From Candidatus Bathyarchaeota archaeon (GTDB lineage: Archaea > Thermoproteota > Bathyarchaeia > Bathyarchaeales > Bathycorpusculaceae): a DNA stretch of 64,000 nucleotides. The DNA lies in NCBI GenBank assembly GCA_963772455.1, contig CAVYXJ010000009.1:96001-160000 (forward strand), in the 5' to 3' direction. Below, in pieces: positions 10,562 through 20,495 of the stretch (position 1 is its first letter; every line of letters starts with the position of its first letter). The notes below the pieces were generated by a model, which saw nothing but the letters and a program-made list of their open reading frames with translations, searched no databases and was not told the DNA's origin. The translations under genes were made by a program, and so were the position numbers.

Positions 10562-10665
10562 GCAACCTTAAAAAACGCCGCTTAACTAATACTTAATCAA
10601 GTTCTTGTTGGTCAAAACAAGAAAAGATTTGGTATTTTTTAAACTAAATTTTACGAGGAAAAAAA

Positions 10666-10968
10666 ATGGCAAATGAAGAATCCGTTTCTGAATCTTTAAT
10701 CGGCAGCGCAGTTCGAGTTCTTATGAGGGTTGCTTTTGTCTTTGAACCTTTAGCGCCAACAGCAATCACGGTTTTGATGAATCAACAGTTGCATCGATTC
10801 AGGGAAGCAGGCAGAATCGGCGAGTACAAAACCCACACTAAACGCCTTGGAAAATTTCACTATCGAATTGTAATTGATTTAGACCTGACAGGAATGCAAA
10901 CAATCCATCTTTTGGGAAACTTATTTCCTAACCAATTAAGTCGTTATAGGAGGTGGTTCCATGAGTGA
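10666..10968 (+). CDS. Hypothetical protein
   Basis: 100-aa ORF with GAGG SD; overlaps the next small ORF. Confidence 0.6.
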   Translation: MANEESVSESLIGSAVRVLMRVAFVFEPLAPTAITVLMNQQLHRFREAGRIGEYKTHTKRLGKFHYRIVIDLDLTGMQTIHLLGNLFPNQLSRYRRWFHE

Positions 10969-11113
10969 TATGACCGAAAAGAAAGGCAAAATGAAAGTAA
11001 CCGTCGAACTTGAAGTCAACGAGGAATTGATGGCTGTAGTTAAAGATGCAATGTCCAAAGCTTCAACAAAAATTCCTGAGATGATGAGGCGCGGCGGAGA
11101 AAACAAACAATAA
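10961..11113 (+). CDS. Small 50-aa protein not in the ORF track (possible ribbon-helix-helix)
   Basis: GGAGGTG SD before ATG 10961; MSDMTEKKGKMKVTVELEVNEELMAVVKDAMSKASTKIPEMMRRGGENKQ. Confidence 0.65.
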   Translation: MSDMTEKKGKMKVTVELEVNEELMAVVKDAMSKASTKIPEMMRRGGENKQ

Positions 11114-11157
11114 TCCAACATATATTTCCATAATTTTTCTTATTTTTTGGATAATTT

Positions 11158-11400
11158 CTATGTTCTACTTGCTCGCTTTAGCACTTTGACAATTAAAGAG
11201 TCAAGAATTCGGCCAGCTTCTGCTTCTGCTTCTTTTGGATCGCGTATTTTTTTGGCGTGCTCAATAGCATGCGCTTCTAATGCTTCACTCATAAGTTTAA
11301 CGTTTGGAACCAACAGTATCTTTTGCCCACAAAAAGAACACCGAATTATGGGTAAACTTGGGCTTTCGTTAATTTTCTTCTCAGAGTTTCGAACTGGCAC
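11158..11400 (-). CDS. Small putative zinc-finger protein
   Basis: CSFC...HAIEH; AAGGT SD upstream. Confidence 0.6.
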   Translation of the reverse strand: MPVRNSEKKINESPSLPIIRCSFCGQKILLVPNVKLMSEALEAHAIEHAKKIRDPKEAEAEAGRILDSLIVKVLKRASRT

Positions 11401-11620
11401 AGCATTTGACCTTCATTTTTTTTACTCAAGGTAACACTTGGTCTTTTTGTATAAAGGTTTATTTCCAAATTAACAAAATATTATCCATCTAAACCATCAT
11501 ACAGAAATCCAATAAGAAACGTCATGCCAAATGTTTTTTGGAGCCCAGCTTAAAAAATCTCCATTCACTCTCTATAGAAAGATTTTTACCACAAGCGAAC
11601 ACTTTCTTACAAGGATAAAT

Positions 11621-11932
11621 ATGAAGTTTTTAATTATACAAAAAATCAAACGTGAGGTTCCGATTGAAAAATGGGCAAAGCTACTTCCAATGCAATTCAA
11701 GTACTTTGAAAACCTCGAAAAGGAAAAAACCCTCGAAATTACATACCACCTAATCGGGCAACAAGGCAGCATGCTTATTGTTAACGTGGACTCAGATGAG
11801 AAACTTTCTAAAATCGTCGGTCAAGACCCCATGTTCTTTGATTCAGAACGCGAAATCTACCCTTTAACCACAAGGCAGAACCACGAAAAGCAAATCCGAG
11901 AACTTCTCAGACCAGAGCCTGCAGGTTTTTAA
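11621..11932 (+). CDS. Muconolactone isomerase/DUF3303-like dimeric alpha-beta barrel protein
   Basis: MKFLII...GSMLIVNVDSDEKL...DPMF...EIYPL; AAGGA SD before ATG 11621. Confidence 0.6.
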   Translation: MKFLIIQKIKREVPIEKWAKLLPMQFKYFENLEKEKTLEITYHLIGQQGSMLIVNVDSDEKLSKIVGQDPMFFDSEREIYPLTTRQNHEKQIRELLRPEPAGF

Positions 11933-11934
11933 CC

Positions 11935-12489
11935 TTGGGCTGCCACGGAGGCTTTATCCTTGATGATGCCACAAGACGATCCTGGTATAGTCCCGAAGCC
12001 ATCTTACAAAACCTTAGATCAGGCATGATTTTCATGGATATTGGCTGTGGCGAAGGCTTTTTTAGTGTTCTAGCTGCAAAAAAAGTAGGCACTACTGGAA
12101 AAGTTTATGCTGTAGATGTCGATGCTTCAGCGATTGAAAAACTTGAACAAAAAACTAAAGCTGAAGGCTTAAAGAACATCGTTACGAAAATTGGGAAAGC
12201 TGAGGACACAGTTTTCTGCCAGGGATGTGCCGATTTCATTTTTTATGGTATGGATCTTCATGATTTCTCTGACCCAGCCAAAGTCCTTAAAAACGCGAAA
12301 CAAATGATGAAAGTAAATGGACAACTAATTGATTTGGACTGGAAAAAAATGAACATGTCATTTGGTCCGCCAGTTGCCATTAGGTTCAACGAGGAAAAAG
12401 CATCGGATTTGTTGCGTTCAGCTGGGTTCACTGTTACCGACATTAGAAATATTGGTCCTTATCACTATCTTATTGTTGCAAAGACTTAA
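11935..12489 (+). CDS. Class I SAM-dependent methyltransferase
   Basis: MDIGCGEGFF, VYAVDVD, LHDFSDP, DW...GPP. Confidence 0.9.
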   Translation: MGCHGGFILDDATRRSWYSPEAILQNLRSGMIFMDIGCGEGFFSVLAAKKVGTTGKVYAVDVDASAIEKLEQKTKAEGLKNIVTKIGKAEDTVFCQGCADFIFYGMDLHDFSDPAKVLKNAKQMMKVNGQLIDLDWKKMNMSFGPPVAIRFNEEKASDLLRSAGFTVTDIRNIGPYHYLIVAKT

Positions 12490-12493
12490 TTGA

Positions 12494-13123
12494 TTACTCT
12501 ATATTTGCATAAAGTTCAAGCAAATCGCGCTTAAATCTGTCTGGCTCGTCTTTGTATGCGGAGTGGTTGGCGTTTTCGTAGATAACAAGTTTTGCATTGG
12601 GTAATCTATCAGCTAAAACCCTCATGTCTTCGCTTGAAATTATGTTATCTTGGGAACCCCAAATTATAGTTGTTGAAAACTTGAATTCGCCATAAACCTG
12701 CAATAAATCTGGCTCAAGGACCCTTGCAGGTCCAATAAGCAACAAACCTTTTACTGGAAACTTTGAAGCATACCTAAGCGCCATGTTCCCTCCTATACTC
12801 GCACCTACAAGAACGGGCGTAATATCTCCAAACACAGTTTTGACTGCTTCGTTCACATAGGCTATGTTTTTTTCTGGACTGCGGGTTTTTGGTTGGCATT
12901 GACTTTTTAAACCGTAAGGCATGTCCAATGCTAAAAAGGGTATTCGTTTTTTCATTAAATAATCTAAGATACCTATTCTTTGCCAAATGTCGGGAGTATA
13001 GGATAAGCCGTGCAGGAAAACGATTGGAACGCCAGATGCAGTGTAGTATAAAGCTGGGCACTTATGGTCCGCAACGTTTAATGTTTTCTCCAAAATGGAA
13101 CTCTCCAAGTTTGTTATGCACAA
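12494..13123 (-). CDS. Alpha/beta hydrolase
   Basis: VFLHG, GASIGG nucleophile elbow, WGSQD, NHSAY. Confidence 0.9.
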   Translation of the reverse strand: MCITNLESSILEKTLNVADHKCPALYYTASGVPIVFLHGLSYTPDIWQRIGILDYLMKKRIPFLALDMPYGLKSQCQPKTRSPEKNIAYVNEAVKTVFGDITPVLVGASIGGNMALRYASKFPVKGLLLIGPARVLEPDLLQVYGEFKFSTTIIWGSQDNIISSEDMRVLADRLPNAKLVIYENANHSAYKDEPDRFKRDLLELYANIE

Positions 13124-13201
13124 AGAGTCTTATAATAGTTAATTTTTAATTTGCGAAAAGAATAATAGCCTTAAAATGTCACTCTTAATTGGCGGATTTT
13201 T

Positions 13202-13678
13202 TTGGCAGTTAAAGTAGGCGATAAAGCACCTGATTTCAAACTCCAATCTCAAATGGGAGACGATGTCAGGCTCTCAGAGTTTTTTGGCAAAAAAAATATA
13301 GTCTTGTATTTTTACCCTAAAGATGAAACAACCGGTTGTACAAAAGAAGCCTGTACCTTTAGAGATAACTATGAGGAACTAACCAAGTTGGATGCTGAAG
13401 TGATTGGTGTAAGTGGGCAAAGCGTCGAATCTCACAAATCCTTCGCCAGCCATCATGGATTGCCGTTTATTCTTCTCAGCGACGAGGGCAATAAGGTTCG
13501 GGAACTTTATGGTGTTCCTTCGAGTATGGGCATTATTCCTGGGCGTGTCACTTACATCATCGACAAGAGTGGCGTGGTTCGTCACATTTTCAATTCCCAA
13601 ACTCAAGCTCAGAAGCATGTGGATGAAGCTAAGAAAACCTTATTGGAAATATTGAAAGAAGAAAATCTAAAAGCTTAA
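13202..13678 (+). CDS. bcp: Peroxiredoxin (BCP/PrxQ)
   Basis: LYFYPKDETTGCTKEACTFRD. Confidence 0.93.
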   Translation: MAVKVGDKAPDFKLQSQMGDDVRLSEFFGKKNIVLYFYPKDETTGCTKEACTFRDNYEELTKLDAEVIGVSGQSVESHKSFASHHGLPFILLSDEGNKVRELYGVPSSMGIIPGRVTYIIDKSGVVRHIFNSQTQAQKHVDEAKKTLLEILKEENLKA

Positions 13679-13692
13679 GCGGAGATCAACAA

Positions 13693-14928
13693 TTGCTGAA
13701 CTTATTCAATACGTTAACACAGAAGAACGAGACCTTCAAGATTGGAGAAGACATGCAGGTCAAAATGTACACCTGCGGACCATCCACCTATCAACCAGCT
13801 CATATCGGAAACTACCGTACATTCCTTTTCGAAGACATTCTTCAACGTTACATGGAATACTTGGGCTACAATGTAAAGCGCGTGATGACGCTCACCGATG
13901 TTGAAGACAAAGCTATTGACCAAGCAAAAAAAGAAAACCTCACAGTTGAAGAGTTAACAAGGAAAAACGAAGCTGTTTTCTTCAAAGACTTCAAGTTTTT
14001 GAAAATCAAAAAGCCCCAATACCCAATAAGGGCTTCGGCGGCGGTAGATCAGGCAACATATTTAATTTCTCAACTCATGGATGCCGGTTACGCTTATCTT
14101 TACGAATATAAGGGTGCAAAAAACGTTTATTTTGACCCACTAAAATTCAAAAGATTTGGAAAACTCGCTCATCTTGACATGAGCAAATGGCCAAAGAAAA
14201 AACGTCGTTTCCACAAAGATACTTACCCCGGTACACCATGGAACAAGGGAGATTTTGTGCTTTGGCACGGTTGTAAAAATGGGAATTCGTGTTACCAAAC
14301 ATCAATTGGAAACGGTCGCCCCGCATGGAATATTCAAGACGCAGCAATTGTCACTAAACAATTGGGATTCACGGTCGATGTTGGGTGCGGTGGAATCGAC
14401 AATTTAGTTAGGCACCACGATTATACGATAGCAGTTGCGGAGGCGGTTTCAGCAAAGCAGTTTTCGAGATTCTGGCTTCATGGCGGACACCTGTTTGTTG
14501 AGGGCAAAAAAATGTCCAAAAGTAGGGGAAACGTGTATTACCCAAGTGAACTTTTGGCAAAAGGTTTCAGCGGCAGTCAGTTGAGGTTCTTTCTTATATA
14601 TGGACCTTATAGGAAAAAACTTAACTTCACATTCGATAAGTTATTTCAGACAACTCAGAAACTGAATACGTTAAAAAACATGGTTAACGAATTGCAAAAT
14701 ACAAAATCATTTAACCAAACTGAAAAGCATGAAACACTAATCAGCAAAATTATACCTAATTTTGAAAGTTACATGAATAATGACTTAGATGTGAAATCTG
14801 CTTTTGACAGCTTAACCGAAACAATCACGAAATTATATGCAAAACGAACCACTTTGAGCTCAAAAGAAATAAAAAACTTGATGATTGAATTGGAAAAAGT
14901 TGATAATGTACTGCAATGTATCTTTTAG
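13693..14928 (+). CDS. Cysteinyl-tRNA synthetase paralog (truncated, altered active site)
   Basis: CGPSTY, HIGN, DFVLW, KMSKS present; WHIEC replaced by WNIQD, HHENE by HHDYT; 411 aa with no anticodon-binding domain. Confidence 0.85.
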   Translation: MLNLFNTLTQKNETFKIGEDMQVKMYTCGPSTYQPAHIGNYRTFLFEDILQRYMEYLGYNVKRVMTLTDVEDKAIDQAKKENLTVEELTRKNEAVFFKDFKFLKIKKPQYPIRASAAVDQATYLISQLMDAGYAYLYEYKGAKNVYFDPLKFKRFGKLAHLDMSKWPKKKRRFHKDTYPGTPWNKGDFVLWHGCKNGNSCYQTSIGNGRPAWNIQDAAIVTKQLGFTVDVGCGGIDNLVRHHDYTIAVAEAVSAKQFSRFWLHGGHLFVEGKKMSKSRGNVYYPSELLAKGFSGSQLRFFLIYGPYRKKLNFTFDKLFQTTQKLNTLKNMVNELQNTKSFNQTEKHETLISKIIPNFESYMNNDLDVKSAFDSLTETITKLYAKRTTLSSKEIKNLMIELEKVDNVLQCIF

Positions 14929-14933
14929 CGACC

Positions 14934-15173
14934 TTAAACTAGATCGCCAACTAACTTTATCCTGTTAAAAGTTTCTTCGCGGTGAGGAGCCATTTCAAGT
15001 TCTTCTGTTAAGTCTTTGCCTGCATCATGCATACCCATGTGTTCTCCTTCCATCCAGAAACTGCTATCTGTGACTTCATAGACTTTACCCTGAAAAGCAA
15101 AGTAAGCTGGTTTGCCATTCTTACCGTTATTCTGTGCTAATTCTTGACGCGTTATCTTTTTTTGTTCTGACAA
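14934..15173 (-). CDS. Cytochrome b5-like heme/steroid-binding protein
   Basis: NGKNGKPAY, GKVYEVT, W..GEH..H.AGKDLT, APH. Confidence 0.88.
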   Translation of the reverse strand: MSEQKKITRQELAQNNGKNGKPAYFAFQGKVYEVTDSSFWMEGEHMGMHDAGKDLTEELEMAPHREETFNRIKLVGDLV

Positions 15174-15242
15174 AAATTCACCTTTCCGTTACTTTTTTAA
15201 AGTCTGAAGAAGGCTTTAAATGTTTTCAAGCTTGAAAAAAAA

Positions 15243-16307
15243 TCAATTTCTCATACTGGGTCCGTTTGAAGATTGATAAACCGCGTTTATGTTGATGTTG
15301 CCTAAGTTTGTTCTGGTGTTTATTTCAATATTGTTTGAGGCGGGGTAATTGTCAGATTGGATGGGGGATTGATTACCTGAAAAATGTTGAACATCTAAAT
15401 GTTCACTTCCAAGGTTAGTTTGTGAAATAATTTTGGCTCCAACGTCATTATCGATTTGTAAAGCAATGTTTATTGTACCCAATTGCGTGATAGCGTTCGT
15501 TTGAAGGCTTCCTTTCAATGTCTTAGTTTGAGTTATATCTATTCCAATTGAACCAGCATTTGAATGCAAGGTAACCGTTTGGTTGCCTAAAAGAGACACT
15601 TGGTGCACTCCAAAATTAATTGTTCCAGCCTGAGTAATAAGAGATACTTCACCTTCGATTGTGGCATTTTGTAGGTTTGCCTGAACTTCACCCGCATTTG
15701 AATGAAGGTTTATGGACAGAAAAGTTGCTGATTTATCTCCTGTTAGGGTGACTGATCCAGATTGAGTGGTTACATTAATGTTTAGTTTTAAGGCTGGATT
15801 AATGTAGATAGAACAAGTTAAGTGAATGTTTCCAGTAGGAAACCCTTCAGTCTCAGTTACTTTTGAGTTAATTGTTAACACATTATCTTGGGTTTGGTTG
15901 GTGAAGGTTACCTCGATGGGGGTGGCTGAGCCGAATATACTTCTTGTCCCATTTGCAGAAGTATTGATTAATATATTTTGATTGTTAATAATTTGGGTTA
16001 TTATGGTTACTTGTGCAGTGTTCGCTTGAAAGTTTAGGTTAAGAGTATTGATGCCAGATTGGCCATTTTGGTTTGTTTGGTTAAAGTTAACAGGTGAGAA
16101 AGGAGCAAAAATAATGGCGCTCGCAATTACGCCTACTAACAAAATTGCGATTAATACAGTGGCAGCTATTACTAAGGGCTCTTTTCTTAACGGTCTACTA
16201 AGCTTTACTGGTGCCTCAGGAGAAAATGTTACAATTGGAGTTCCACATTTCTGGCAGAAACGTGCATAATCATCAAGTTTAGCTCCGCATTTACGACAAT
16301 ATGGCAA
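15243..16307 (-). CDS. Zinc-ribbon membrane protein with extracellular beta-repeat (DUF4097/adhesin-like) domain
   Basis: YCRKCG...FCQKCG, one TM helix, repeated T/S-x-x-G-x-I/V units. Confidence 0.75.
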   Translation of the reverse strand: MPYCRKCGAKLDDYARFCQKCGTPIVTFSPEAPVKLSRPLRKEPLVIAATVLIAILLVGVIASAIIFAPFSPVNFNQTNQNGQSGINTLNLNFQANTAQVTIITQIINNQNILINTSANGTRSIFGSATPIEVTFTNQTQDNVLTINSKVTETEGFPTGNIHLTCSIYINPALKLNINVTTQSGSVTLTGDKSATFLSINLHSNAGEVQANLQNATIEGEVSLITQAGTINFGVHQVSLLGNQTVTLHSNAGSIGIDITQTKTLKGSLQTNAITQLGTINIALQIDNDVGAKIISQTNLGSEHLDVQHFSGNQSPIQSDNYPASNNIEINTRTNLGNININAVYQSSNGPSMRN

Positions 16308-17084
16308 AACGAAACCTCAAATTACACGGTACGCGCCTTACAAATTTAAGGTTTATCAAAACATCTGAAATGCAAGTATCTCCATCAAAATCTTGACCAA
16401 CCCCTTAAGTGATTTAGCGATGATCAAATACGATGATCCAAAAAAAATTTGTATCCTAATTTGCCCTAACCCAAACAGCCTCTCAGCGGTAAACTCAAAT
16501 CATACCTTTTTCAAATCTAGTTCAGAGTTAGAATTGCCTTTCAAAAATCACAGTGCCAGGTTATCGGGATAACGCCGAACGCTGGGGCAAATTCAAATCA
16601 AGCAACAACACAAAAAGGTCGTTCAAGAAGCAAACATCGCCGACCTAACAGTTACGAAAATAATCCACAAAAAAATCCAAAGAAGATAATGATGATGAAG
16701 ATGATGAAACAACACTTTTTCGCAACAGCATCATCTTTCAAATCAACCACTGTTTACCTACATTGAATCGTCAACTTCCATAACTTCAAAAAAAGAACCA
16801 AATTTAAGTTGCACTCTCCTCATTAAGGGGATAGTTTTTCTTCCTTACATGTCGCCCTTAGCTTTTTCATTCTATGGCTTTCTGTGACTTTTCCAGACGC
16901 ATTCTGCAAAAGCCATTAAGCCTAAAACAGAAAAGCAATCCAAAAAAAGATATCTCAAAAATGAAAATTCCACTCTTCTTCTTCTCTTAAAAAGAAAAAT
17001 TTTGAAGAATTATTTTCCTTTCTTAATGATGATGTTATAGGTATTTTAATAAGGTTGACGTTTAACGATTTTGTTGTGATACCT

Positions 17085-18781
17085 GTGTCTGAAAAAGTTC
17101 TCGTTACATCAGCTTGGCCATACATCAATGTTACCCCACATCTAGGCAACCTTGTCGGCTCAGTCTTATCTGCTGACGTTACAGCCCGCTACTATAGACT
17201 AAAAGGTAGTGACGTTTTAATGGTAAGCGGTTCAGATACACATGGCACCCCAATCGAAGTAGAAGCCATCAAACAGGGCATCAAACCAAAAGAATTAACA
17301 GACCGCAATCACGCAAAAGTCGCAGACCTTTTCCGCCGATGGGATGCTTCCTTTGACAACTACACAAGCACAGAAAGCCCAATCCACAAAGAATTCGTCC
17401 AAAAAACCCTTCTCGAAATCCAGAAAAACGGTTACATCTTCGAGCAAGACACTCAAATGCTCTACTGCGAACATGACCAGAGATTCTTGCCTGACCGCTT
17501 CGTAGAAGGCAAATGCCCTTACTGCGGCTGTGAGAAAGCCCGAGGCGACCAATGCGACTATATGTGGCAAACTTTTGGAGCCAACTTTACTGGTAGAACC
17601 GTACTGTGTCATATGCAAAAGCAAACCTATTGTAAAAAATACTACGGCACTGGTACATCGACCTCTCTAAACTCGCCGAACCATTAGCAGAGTACCTCAA
17701 AGAAAATCAACAACTGCCTACAAACGTTAAGAACTTCAGTTTAAACTGGATAAAAGAAGGATTAAAACCTAGAGCAGTCACTCGTGACATTGAATGGGGC
17801 ATTCCGGCTCCGTTTGTAGGTGCAGAAGGCAAGACCATCTACGTTTGGGTAGATGCTGTGTTAGGTTATGTTTCTGCAACAATTGAGCAATGTCAACGCT
17901 TGGGGCAGGCTGAGAAGTGGAAAGAATTCTGGTTTGATAAAAAAGCTAAAACCCTTTACTTCGTTGGTAAAGATAACATTCCCTTCCACACTATAATTTT
18001 ACCAGCGCTTTTGTTGGCTTCAGGTCAAGGCTACAATCTACCCTGGAATGTTTCTGCAACCGAATTTCTTCAGTTTAAAGGCCAAAAAGCTTCCAAAAGC
18101 CAAAGAGTAGGCATATGGATAGACGAAGCCCTTGAGATGTTCCCCGTTGATTACTGGCGTTTCTTCCTAATTGCTACAAGACCTGAAAGCAAAGACACCA
18201 ACTTTACATGGACAGCATTTATGGAGAAAATCAACTCTGACTTCAACGACACATTCGGCAACTTCATTCACCGAACCCTTTCATTCATCAACAGCAAATT
18301 CGACGGGTTAATCCCAGAACCAACCAAACTTGATAAAGACGACGAAGCCGTACTGCAGGTCTTAAAAGAGAAAGTGGGGCAAGCAGCAAAAGAAATTGAG
18401 GATTCATGGCTACAATCCGCCGCCAATACGCTCGTCGGAATAAGCCGTATTGGCAATCAATATCTAAATACCAAGGAACCCTGGAATCTCATGAAGACCG
18501 ACAAGGAGCGTGCGGGAACTATTTTTTATGTTGCTGCTCAGGTCGTTAAGGCAATCGCCGTTGTTTCAGAACCTTTCATACCACAGACGGCACAGCAACT
18601 TTGGCAAACACTAAATCTTGCTGGAAACAGTCGACAAAAGTAATTGGAATGAAGCATTAAAACACTCGAGGCGAGACACAAAATCAATAAACCCACACCA
18701 CTATTCCACAAAATTGACTCAGACGAAATAAAACTTGAAGAAATGCTTGAGCAGATTCGAGCAAAGACACCTCCAAAATAG
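17085..18781 (+). CDS. metG: Methionyl-tRNA synthetase, interrupted by at least 3 indels (probably assembly errors)
   Basis: [46 protein letters not shown]; frame changes near 17560, 17645 and 18630. Confidence 0.9.
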
Positions 18782-18792
18782 GAGGCTTATTA

Positions 18793-19455
18793 ATGCAGAT
18801 AAAAGCTGATCTCCACGTTCATACAACATACTCAAAAGATTCCTTGATAACTCCAAAAGACCTTATTTTTTACGCGAAGAAACGCGGTTTAAATGCTGTA
18901 GCAGTCACTGACCATAACGAGCTGGAAGGTGCTTACAAAATCGCTAAAGAAACGGATTTTTTAATTATTCCAGGAATGGAGGTTTCCAGTGCTGATGGGC
19001 ATATAGTTGCACTTAATGTAAATGAGTTAATTCCAAGGGGTTTTAGCGCAGTCGAAACGGTAGAGCGAATTCACAGGGCAGGAGGAGTAGCCATCGCATG
19101 CCACCCATATGTCCTTTTCAAAGGTTGCCTTCGGGAAAAAGTCTGCTCATCCTTTGACGCCATCGAAACCATAAATGCACGAGCATTCCCATTCAAAAAC
19201 AGCATGAAAAAAGCTGAGGAAGCTGCGGAACGCCTGAAGTTATCGCGAGTTGCTGGAACGGACGCTCATTATGGTCCACAAATCGGTTACAGTTATACGG
19301 TTATCGAAACCTCGAAACCCACAGTTGAAGCCATCGCTAAATCCATCGTTAATGGTCAATGCCAACCTTTTGGTCAGCCAGTTCCGCCAATCATAAACAT
19401 GAAGCAGCAGTTTTTGAGGTTAAAGCGAATGGCTAAAAAATTCAGCCACATCTAA
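18793..19455 (+). CDS. PHP-domain phosphoesterase
   Basis: DLHVHT, VTDHN, GMEV, CHP, GTDAH. Confidence 0.92.
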   Translation: MQIKADLHVHTTYSKDSLITPKDLIFYAKKRGLNAVAVTDHNELEGAYKIAKETDFLIIPGMEVSSADGHIVALNVNELIPRGFSAVETVERIHRAGGVAIACHPYVLFKGCLREKVCSSFDAIETINARAFPFKNSMKKAEEAAERLKLSRVAGTDAHYGPQIGYSYTVIETSKPTVEAIAKSIVNGQCQPFGQPVPPIINMKQQFLRLKRMAKKFSHI

Positions 19456-19498
19456 AACCATTATAAATCTGCAATAAAAGAATTTCAATATTGAAAGA

Positions 19499-20227
19499 TT
19501 ATTTTTTGGATTTAAGCCGGAAAACCAACATATCCAAACCCATCTTACCTGCTTCTCGAACAGGATTTACCTTTGAGACACCGATATCTCTTTCAGCCCA
19601 TTGAACCGCCACCTCAACCACAGGAAACCCAAGCTGTTTGCAACGTACAATCATTTCTGTGTCAAAGAAGTAACCATCGGATTTGGAAACGTTCAACACT
19701 GCCTCTGCAACTTCACGACTCATCGTTTTGAAGCCACATTGGTGGTCATGGACGCCATCGAGAAAAAGCAATCTCACAGCCAAATTGTAAGTTAAACTAA
19801 ACAATGTTCGTGAAACTCGACGTTGAACACGCGACCCTGTAATATGTCGGGAACCAATTGCCATTCCCCCGTTTTCTTTTACAACTCGTAGAAGTTGTGG
19901 TAAACATTCAAGATTAGTTGCTAAGTCTACATCCATGAAAGTTATAATTTTACCATTAGAGGAACTCAAAGCGTTTTTGATGCCTTTTCCTTTGCCTAAA
20001 CGGGATGGTGAATGCAGAAGTACAAGATTTGGGTTGATCTTAGCCATTTTTTTAACGATGATGTCGGTGCCGTCGGTGCTTCCGTCTTCGGAAACGATTA
20101 TCTCGTAAGATTTGGAAAAGGACTTGACCGCTTCTTCAACTTTGCGTACGCACATTTCAATCTGCGCTGCCTCGTTGAAGGCTGGCAGAAGAATCGATAA
20201 TTCTTTGTTAGGCACCCCACTCTTCAA
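19499..20227 (-). CDS. GT2 glycosyltransferase (dolichyl-phosphate hexosyltransferase-like)
   Basis: LPAFNE, EDGSTD, GKGKG, FMDVD, IGSR, DHQCGFK, FDTE. Confidence 0.9.
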   Translation of the reverse strand: MKSGVPNKELSILLPAFNEAAQIEMCVRKVEEAVKSFSKSYEIIVSEDGSTDGTDIIVKKMAKINPNLVLLHSPSRLGKGKGIKNALSSSNGKIITFMDVDLATNLECLPQLLRVVKENGGMAIGSRHITGSRVQRRVSRTLFSLTYNLAVRLLFLDGVHDHQCGFKTMSREVAEAVLNVSKSDGYFFDTEMIVRCKQLGFPVVEVAVQWAERDIGVSKVNPVREAGKMGLDMLVFRLKSKK

Positions 20228-20495
20228 TACGATTCAACCTTACCCGAACTGGAAAAACAAACGATTCTATACCATAAATGAATTGTGTATTTTCCCCCAA
20301 AACTCATACTGCAGCTTTTTGAAGGTTATCACAAACTCTTTTTAAATACAGCCACTAATTCTCACTCCTTGAAGGGGTCGCTAAAACATTACCTCAACCA
20401 TTGATGCCAGCGGTCAGCCGCCAATTGGAAAAGCGAAGCTAGGTCATCGACTCAAAAGCAATCTAAGTCGTCAATGTCAAGTAACTCTTGCATTC

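Noticed and set aside
16308-17054. ~750-bp region without a long ORF (gatgat microrepeat, A-rich): possible ncRNA or decayed gene
   Set aside because: Only short, unrecognisable frames and no convincing structure seen by eye; cannot be supported
17540-18660. Programmed frameshifting or true pseudogenisation of metG
   Set aside because: No consistent slippery sites, and the same kind of indel affects many unrelated genes; assembly error is more likely
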